From Bacteroidota bacterium (GTDB lineage: Bacteria > Bacteroidota > Bacteroidia > Bacteroidales > UBA4417), in NCBI GenBank assembly GCA_037128115.1, contig JBAXXB010000001.1, positions 1 to 62,699 of the forward strand: 62,699 nt of DNA, written 5' to 3'. The translations under genes were made by a program, and so were the position numbers. Within the stretch, counting starts at the first letter, position 1. Each line of letters starts with the position of its first letter. Positions 56,481 through 62,699 of this stretch are shown one piece after another. The notes beneath the pieces are model-generated. The model saw nothing but the letters and a program-made list of their open reading frames with translations. It made no database searches and was not told the DNA's origin.

Positions 56481-57512
56481 TCAAATTGCTTTTGACTGAA
56501 GGGCTTTTTCCCATTTCCATGCTGAACTCATCATTTCGTCAAGTGTCTTATCAGCTTTCCAACCTAGTTCATCATTTGCAAATCGGGTATCGGCCCACAC
56601 CATCTCCACATCTCCCGGACGGCGGGGAACTATTTTATAGTTCAGCTTTTCACCCGTTACTTTTTCGAAAGCATTGATGACATCAAAAACAGAATACCCT
56701 GTGCCGGTTCCCAGGTTAAAAATCTCCATGTCAGGCATGGTTTTGCCTCCGAGCATACGTTCGACGGCTATAACATGCGCTTTGGCAAGATCAACCACAT
56801 GAATGTAATCGCGTACAGCAGTCCCGTCGGGTGTACTGTAATCATCTCCAAACACGCTGAGACATTCACGTTTACCTATAGCGGTCTGCGTAATAAACGG
56901 CACCAGGTTATTGGGCGTACCGAGAGGCAATTCCCCGATGAGTGCTGAATCATGTGCCCCGATAGGATTAAAATAGCGTAAGGCAATAGCATGTATTGGA
57001 TGGGATTGGGTGACAAATCGCAGGATTTCTTCACACATCTGCTTGGAATTGCCATAAGGTGACCAGGCTGGCTTTATTGGCGCTTTTTCGGTAACAGGTA
57101 GCTCATCCGGTTGCCCGTAAACTGTACACGACGAAGAGAAAACCATGTTCGATATCCCGTAAGTTTTCATTTCTTCCAGAAGGTTGATCAACGACTGCAG
57201 GTTATTCCGGTAATAATCCAATGGCTTTGCCATAGATTCACCAACCGCTTTGAAAGCTGCAAAATGGATAATTCCATCGATTTGCGTATTGCGCCTGAAA
57301 AAGTCGGCTGTCAACGCGGCATCAGCCAGGTCGAACTGTTCGAATGCAGGCATAATTCCTGAAATCTTCGCAATGTTATCAAGCACATCAATGGAAGAAT
57401 TGGAGAGGTTATCGACGATGATCACATCATAGCCACTCTTCTGCAACTCAACCACCGTGTGAGAGCCAATAAATCCGGTGCCTCCTGTTACAAGTATTTT
57501 TTTATTATTCAT
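56481..57512 (-). CDS. galE: UDP-glucose 4-epimerase (copy 2)
   Basis: 343 aa. Roughly four-fifths of residues are identical to 41383..42402 by eye. Same GxxGxxG, SSSCTVYG and YGNSKQMCE motifs. Confidence 0.9.
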   Translation of the reverse strand: MNNKKILVTGGTGFIGSHTVVELQKSGYDVIIVDNLSNSSIDVLDNIAKISGIMPAFEQFDLADAALTADFFRRNTQIDGIIHFAAFKAVGESMAKPLDYYRNNLQSLINLLEEMKTYGISNMVFSSSCTVYGQPDELPVTEKAPIKPAWSPYGNSKQMCEEILRFVTQSHPIHAIALRYFNPIGAHDSALIGELPLGTPNNLVPFITQTAIGKRECLSVFGDDYSTPDGTAVRDYIHVVDLAKAHVIAVERMLGGKTMPDMEIFNLGTGTGYSVFDVINAFEKVTGEKLNYKIVPRRPGDVEMVWADTRFANDELGWKADKTLDEMMSSAWKWEKALQSKAI

Positions 57513-57611
57513 TGTCTATTTTTAATTTTAAGGAAATTGATACAGTTTACGGTCAGAAACTTTCAGAAGAAAAAGCCAATCAAAGTATCATTAAAAAAGG
57601 GTTAAGCCAAT

Positions 57612-58550
57612 TTATTTTAATTTGCGAAGTTTGTTCCGGACCTTGAGCGCATATTTTCGAAGGAAAGGGAAATACTTGCCACTTTTCAGGTTATACATCA
57701 TAGATTCAGCCTCAAAAATCATTTCAAAATTTTCGGTGCAAAGCACAGGTTTTTTGCTGATCCTGTTTATTTCCATGGCTTGTTCTTTGGAACTTTCAAT
57801 AAAGAGCACATATGGTTTCGACATGTACGTCTTGGCTTTGTGTTCAGCATGGCTGTTTGCCTTCTGGCGGGCTTCCATATCCGGCAAGTCAAGCATAACC
57901 AGATGGTTGTATTTTACATTATTGGCTGCAAGCCAGGTTTCGGTTTGCTTCCTGTATTTCTCCAATCTTGATGTTACAATAGTTCCTATTTTACTTCCGG
58001 GAATAAACAATGGAGGAGCATTCAGTACGAAGTCAGTGTATTTCTCACCATCATCATTTTGTTCGGGCGCAGGATCAATACACAATACCCCGTCGATATC
58101 GAAGCATGCTTTTTCGAGTGTGGAATGGTTGAAAATATTCCATTGAAAATAACGAGGCAAAGGTACAACTTCAAAATAGTAGTCCACCATTTTTTCTTTG
58201 CCGGGAATCACATACACAGCACAGTAGCTTATTGAAAACTGGGAATCCAGGTGCTTTAAACTTTCCTTACACTCAAGCATGGCTGACCCTGAGGCAATGC
58301 TGTCGTCAACCACGAGTATCTTCTTGAATTCTTTCAGGTCGAAGAATTGACTGCGTGCACCCGATTTGTAAATGTGACCATTCAGAAACGAATGAATATC
58401 GGTATATGGCTTATTGAGGTACAGAGCAAGTAAGTTTGCAGGTAACATACCACTACGTGGAATTCCAACAATTAGATCAAAATCCCGGGGTATTATACTC
58501 AACCGCCTGAGTATTATCTGATTTAGGTCTGAGATATTCCTGTAATACAT
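57612..58550 (-). CDS. fusion protein: N-terminal phosphoribosyltransferase-like domain plus C-terminal HAD-like domain
   Basis: ILVVDDSIASGSAM (PRTase PRPP-loop-like) in the N-terminal half. CFDIDGVLC (HAD motif I DxDGV) at the start of the C-terminal half. Confidence 0.6.
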   Translation of the reverse strand: MYYRNISDLNQIILRRLSIIPRDFDLIVGIPRSGMLPANLLALYLNKPYTDIHSFLNGHIYKSGARSQFFDLKEFKKILVVDDSIASGSAMLECKESLKHLDSQFSISYCAVYVIPGKEKMVDYYFEVVPLPRYFQWNIFNHSTLEKACFDIDGVLCIDPAPEQNDDGEKYTDFVLNAPPLFIPGSKIGTIVTSRLEKYRKQTETWLAANNVKYNHLVMLDLPDMEARQKANSHAEHKAKTYMSKPYVLFIESSKEQAMEINRISKKPVLCTENFEMIFEAESMMYNLKSGKYFPFLRKYALKVRNKLRKLK

Positions 58551-58732
58551 AAGTTTTTTAAATTGGAGAAGTAGTTAAAATGAATTTGAACTTCAGAAAA
58601 ATTATTTCTAGTCTAAATTTGTTTATTTTCGATGCTATTTAAAGATTGACAGAAAGTAAAACAAAGCCAGCTTAGTGTAATTTAAGCAAATTTTTTGACA
58701 TTTTTTTGTTACAGTAAGATCAGATATCAGGG

Positions 58733-59872
58733 TCATTTTAATGCTTCAGTAAGAAATGTCAGAGCTTCTTTTTGTTTGGTCTTTAGTATTTCATTCACAA
58801 GCTGAAAATCAATCGGGAAATACAACTTTTCTGTTAATTGGCTATCTGCCGAAAGAATAATCCGGTCTTCCAACCCGAATATTTTAAGTAAGGAAGTGAA
58901 CCTTGTCATCCCACGTTTTGTATTTCCCAGCGCTAAAAATGGCTTGTTAAATATGATGGCAAAAGCTGCTCCATGAAAGGAATCTGTTATAACATACTCT
59001 GCATCCATGAAACCTCTCAGCCAGGTAGTTACAGGAGGGTAAATGCAATCATTTATTTTTTTCCTGCCCGCATCCCTGAATAAACTTTTTGGCATTATTG
59101 AAACTTCATCCAACCCTGTTTCTCTTGCTATTTTTTTAATAAATTCCTGTTTATCATGCGATTTATCTAAAACGTAGGTTAACAAAGTTCCATTGCATTT
59201 CGGGATATTATCTTTTTCAACCAACCGGATATACTCCTCTCTGGCTACCAATAAAGTTGGATCAAGAACCTGCAAAGCTTCGATTCCGAAATTATCCTTG
59301 CAAAGTTTCACAGCCGAATCTTCACGAACGGCAACAGCGTTAAATTTTGTTACCAGTTTTCTGCATTCTTCTGTCTGTTCAGGCGTATATTCCCAATTAT
59401 CTACTCCGAAAGATGCAGCATAGGAAATACGCTTTATTTTAGATGTACCTTCAACGAAACCCAGGAAATGATTTGCAAGGCAGGGCGAATACTTTGGCCT
59501 CCAAACCTGGTCGCTTCCAACTATGTAAGCATCAAATTCATATCGGGTTAGTTTTGTAAATTCCTTTTCGGATTTCAAAAAATCAGTAGTGAGGATATTT
59601 TCGCTTATGAAACGATTCGTATGCTGATCGACGATCAGTTCCTCTTTGGCTGTTGCCCATGAACGGATCACACCGGCTTTCCTGCTCAAAATACTCCTAA
59701 TCAGCCGGCTCGAAGAAGTAAGGATCTTAAACTTGAATGGCATTATCCGGTTACGACGGTTCACTGACCACACCTCATGCCCCATCTGCCTTAGAACGGA
59801 TTGCAAGGCGTAGGTCTGTAATAAACCTCCGTAATTTGAATTGAAGGGCAAAGTGATTATTCCAATTTTCAT
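58733..59872 (-). CDS. polysaccharide pyruvyl transferase family protein
   Basis: Start trimmed to ATG 59872 (MKIGIITLPFNSNYGGLLQTYAL), which removes the overlap with the upstream gene. GSDQVWRP and ITDSFHG motifs are typical of the PS_pyruv_trans family. Confidence 0.75.
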   Translation of the reverse strand: MKIGIITLPFNSNYGGLLQTYALQSVLRQMGHEVWSVNRRNRIMPFKFKILTSSSRLIRSILSRKAGVIRSWATAKEELIVDQHTNRFISENILTTDFLKSEKEFTKLTRYEFDAYIVGSDQVWRPKYSPCLANHFLGFVEGTSKIKRISYAASFGVDNWEYTPEQTEECRKLVTKFNAVAVREDSAVKLCKDNFGIEALQVLDPTLLVAREEYIRLVEKDNIPKCNGTLLTYVLDKSHDKQEFIKKIARETGLDEVSIMPKSLFRDAGRKKINDCIYPPVTTWLRGFMDAEYVITDSFHGAAFAIIFNKPFLALGNTKRGMTRFTSLLKIFGLEDRIILSADSQLTEKLYFPIDFQLVNEILKTKQKEALTFLTEALK

Positions 59873-59909
59873 TTTATCTTTATTTAAGTGTTGGAATACA
59901 GATTGATGA

Positions 59910-60911
59910 TTACAAATGTTCAGTTGTGATTTCTCTGGCACTTTTTCGTGGTGATGATGCAATCGAAAACTCATCGGGAACGTACCCACACGAAACAATC
60001 ATCAGAAGCACTTCATTTTCAGGAACATTTAATATCTCCCTAAGCTTCATATCCTTATCATTTGATACACTCCAGTTGAGTGAACAGGCTCCGATCCTGT
60101 TAAAATGCAAGGCATTTAACAACGTCATGATGAATAAGCCGCCATTCAGATGATTTTCATTGCGTTCATGAATATCTTTTGTGGTAGAAATAACGGAACT
60201 TATTACCAGCAAGGTTTCAGCCAGGTGACCAAACCCACGGTTACCATTTTGTATCTCAAGTATCTGTGTTTTCTTTTCAGGTGATTTGACTACATGAACA
60301 CGGGTTGGCTGGCGGTTACAAAAGGAAGGCGATTTTTGCGCCAACTCAATACAATCGTAAAGTACTGCTAAAGGAATTTCCTGGCTGGTATAATTACGTA
60401 CAGAATATCTTGACCTGCAAAACAAATCAAAAGGTTTATTAATATCTCGAAAATACTCATCCCGACTTACTTTTATCTGCTTTAAACCTTCAATTGTATT
60501 AAACAGATTTCCAAGGAGTTCCAGTCTTTCAACAACTTCGTTGTCCAACCGGAAGTTAATCTGATCATGAAAATCCTTGTATTCTTTTAATACAGAAACG
60601 GATTGCCTGAACTCCATATCGCCCAAAGGCAGGTTTAATTTTTGAAATTTCAGCACCGTATGTATCAGGCTTAACACCACTGGTTTTCCAAAACCAGGAC
60701 GGGGAACTGGCATAGTCAATCCCTTCTCGACTATGTGATAAGCAAGTGTCAGATCACGTTTAACCTTTTCAGCTTCCGAATCATTATACACTTTATCGTG
60801 AATGCGTCTTTGCAGATCGTAATCACAAGCTTTCCGGGCGGTATGCAGGTAATAAAGGTAAAGTATTTTTTGAGGTATTAATTTCCTCAATTTGTTTTTT
60901 GCTGATTCCAT
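59910..60911 (-). CDS. nitroreductase-family protein with ~150-aa N-terminal extension
   Basis: The C-terminal ~180 aa (RYSVRNYTSQEIP...SPSFCNRQP...) resembles the nitroreductase fold. No family recognised for the N-terminal part. Confidence 0.6.
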   Translation of the reverse strand: MESAKNKLRKLIPQKILYLYYLHTARKACDYDLQRRIHDKVYNDSEAEKVKRDLTLAYHIVEKGLTMPVPRPGFGKPVVLSLIHTVLKFQKLNLPLGDMEFRQSVSVLKEYKDFHDQINFRLDNEVVERLELLGNLFNTIEGLKQIKVSRDEYFRDINKPFDLFCRSRYSVRNYTSQEIPLAVLYDCIELAQKSPSFCNRQPTRVHVVKSPEKKTQILEIQNGNRGFGHLAETLLVISSVISTTKDIHERNENHLNGGLFIMTLLNALHFNRIGACSLNWSVSNDKDMKLREILNVPENEVLLMIVSCGYVPDEFSIASSPRKSAREITTEHL

Positions 60912-61008
60912 GTTAAATGGATTAAAATGTATTGAAATGTCTTTTTATTTCTTACTTATTTGTGACACTCACGGTATGTTAATGGCTTTTCATTTCCGCC
61001 ATGGATAC

Positions 61009-62538
61009 TTATCGCCTTATTTTTACTATTTTCAAAACACGGTTTAATGGTTTGTTCATCAATTCACGCTCTGATTCATTCATTCCTATATACCAGAATA
61101 CAGGTAAATAAATAAGTGAAAACAAGATTATGCTGAGGGCCAGGGTCAGTATCGTATGCACATTTAAAAGACTCATCAGGAAATATGCTCCACAGCCGAG
61201 GATCAAGGGCGTAAACGACATTTTACCGATTTCCTTCCAGAATTTAGGGATATCGATAGATTGCTTTTTGTAATAATAGATGTTCATGACGATGATATGC
61301 CCAATTACTATGGCAATGCAGATCGCAGCAGCACAGCCGATGCCACCATACTTTTTAACAACTAACAGCTGTAATCCTAAACTGAGTATGGCTATTACAA
61401 TATAAAGCAATGCCCTGAATCGCACATTGTTTCGTGCCTGTAAAATGGTAATTCCAAGGTTTTGAATCAATGGAACTGTAAGCGGTATGAAAAATAATAA
61501 AGAGATTGTGTATACATCGGAATAATTTGGCCCTGCCCATAGAATGACGAATTGCTTGCCAAAAACTATAAAGCCTGTAAGTATAAAGGCCATGATAATA
61601 TACTGGATCCTTCCTGTGCGGATAAAAAGATCAGAAATCGCCTTATTTGATTGTTCATAAGTGGTCATTGCCGTTACCCTTGGCAGAAAAACGCCCGATA
61701 TGGCGGTTGAAAAATTCATATACATATTCTCAAGCTGAATGCCCACAGCAAACACAGCCACAGCGGCAGTACTTACGAAAGCACCAAGAACAACCTGGCC
61801 GGTACTCCAATATATCTTGTCGATGATTGCATTCAGGAAAATATAGAATGAATACATTGCTACTTCCCTGAGAAAACCCCATTTAAATTTATGAAAGTAA
61901 AACTTGACTTTAATACGGTATTTACAATACCAAAAGTTAATCAATTGAGAAGCGACATTAAATATTGTAATCAGCACAACCATTCCTATAGCCCTATACC
62001 CAAATTTGAGGAGCAAAACCATTAACAATGTATTGAGAACAATCCGAACTATCTGAACTACTTTCTGGAAGATGAAATCTTCGTAAGCCGATATTATTGA
62101 GCCGAAAATGCTGAACGGAAAGGTGAACACCAGGTTAAAAACCATTAATAACATGAGGATGCGGGCCTTGCCTAACTCATCAGTTGACATGGCGCTGCCG
62201 AAAATTGCCTCCACATTAAAATACAAAGCTAAACCTGCCGCCAGCGCTAACAACGCGATAAATGAATAGAGGACAATAAACATTCCGAACATGGAGTATT
62301 GCTCATCGGTTTTCCCTTCGGCTCTGAATTTCGCAGTGTACCTTATAATGGCATTTCCAAAACCCAAATCAAGAATAGTGAGATATGCAACTACGGAACC
62401 GACTAGAGAATACAGGCCGAATTCACTTTGTCCCATCATACGCAGCATGTAGGGCGTATAAAGCAACCCAACCACATTGCTCAATCCTAATATAACATAG
62501 GATAATACTGCTCCTGCTTTTAACTGGTTGACTTTCAT
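61009..62538 (-). CDS. wzx: Wzx-type oligosaccharide flippase (MOP superfamily)
   Basis: 509 aa, ~12-14 TM helices. N-terminus LKAGAVLSYVILGLSNVVGLLYTPYMLRMMGQSEFGLY is typical of polysaccharide biosynthesis flippases. Confidence 0.8.
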   Translation of the reverse strand: MKVNQLKAGAVLSYVILGLSNVVGLLYTPYMLRMMGQSEFGLYSLVGSVVAYLTILDLGFGNAIIRYTAKFRAEGKTDEQYSMFGMFIVLYSFIALLALAAGLALYFNVEAIFGSAMSTDELGKARILMLLMVFNLVFTFPFSIFGSIISAYEDFIFQKVVQIVRIVLNTLLMVLLLKFGYRAIGMVVLITIFNVASQLINFWYCKYRIKVKFYFHKFKWGFLREVAMYSFYIFLNAIIDKIYWSTGQVVLGAFVSTAAVAVFAVGIQLENMYMNFSTAISGVFLPRVTAMTTYEQSNKAISDLFIRTGRIQYIIMAFILTGFIVFGKQFVILWAGPNYSDVYTISLLFFIPLTVPLIQNLGITILQARNNVRFRALLYIVIAILSLGLQLLVVKKYGGIGCAAAICIAIVIGHIIVMNIYYYKKQSIDIPKFWKEIGKMSFTPLILGCGAYFLMSLLNVHTILTLALSIILFSLIYLPVFWYIGMNESERELMNKPLNRVLKIVKIRR

Positions 62539-62611
62539 GCTGTTGGAAATATAATCGTATCCATTTGATTAATTTGTTTACCCTACTACAGTTGTAATAA
62601 GTATTTAACGC

Positions 62612-62699
62612 TTAGGCTAAAACTTTCAGATCCTGATGTTCTTTAGCTGCATCAGCATCAAAAACTTCGGAATTCAACATTATTGCCATCGACATATAG
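62612..62699 (-). CDS. 3' end of an unidentified gene (5' part outside the window)
   Basis: Hand translation of the minus strand: ...YMSMAIMLNSEVFDADAAKEHQDLKVLA then stop (TAA at 62612-62614). Too short to assign. Confidence 0.35.
   Translation of the reverse strand, partial: YMSMAIMLNSEVFDADAAKEHQDLKVLA

Overview
This is a 62.7-kb Bacteroidota-type chromosomal window. Supporting signs are T9SS C-terminal sorting domains, propeller/Y_Y_Y hybrid two-component sensors, TAnnTTTG-type -7 boxes and no Shine-Dalgarno dependence.

Gene content, left to right:
1. A partial outer-membrane barrel gene, then a large lipoprotein with 7 tandem Ig-like repeats and a DUF3494 ice-binding-like domain.
2. 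A dense envelope-lipid block: a DUF748/AsmA-like protein, two tandem MlaE-MlaF-MlaD paralog sets, a POTRA/Omp85-like outer-membrane protein, a DUF3943 protein and a PAP2 phosphatase. A convergent PlsC / lipid-kinase / HAD-IB operon follows.
3. A propeller histidine kinase and a LuxR-type response regulator, followed by five co-directional signal-peptide proteins. These are mostly family-less; one is an OmpA-C protein, one has TPRs, and the first and last are paralogs.
4. tRNA-Pro(CGG) and tRNA-Thr(CGT).
5. A hybrid sensor kinase and an LruC-domain lipoprotein.
6. A decayed IS1634-family element next to an orphan T9SS C-terminal domain.
7. rfbB, galE and a CHASE4-GAF hybrid kinase with two receiver domains.
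8. An IS4/DUF4372 relic.
9. A 16-kb, 14-gene co-directional polysaccharide locus. It holds Wzx, a nitroreductase-like protein, a pyruvyl transferase, a PRTase-HAD fusion, a second galE, five to six glycosyltransferases, an acyltransferase-3, an FkbM methyltransferase and a T9SS-secreted beta-helix protein.

The most notable signal is non-coding. Five copies of a 38-bp motif each sit exactly 28 nt upstream of the TTTG of a -7 box. They lie in front of five transcription units: the Ig/DUF3494 lipoprotein, the DUF748 gene, both Mla operons (the second also carrying the Omp85-like gene), and DUF3943-PAP2. This suggests a co-regulated envelope and lipid-trafficking regulon that I do not recognise as described.

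I found no CRISPR array, rRNA, prophage or recognisable defence system.
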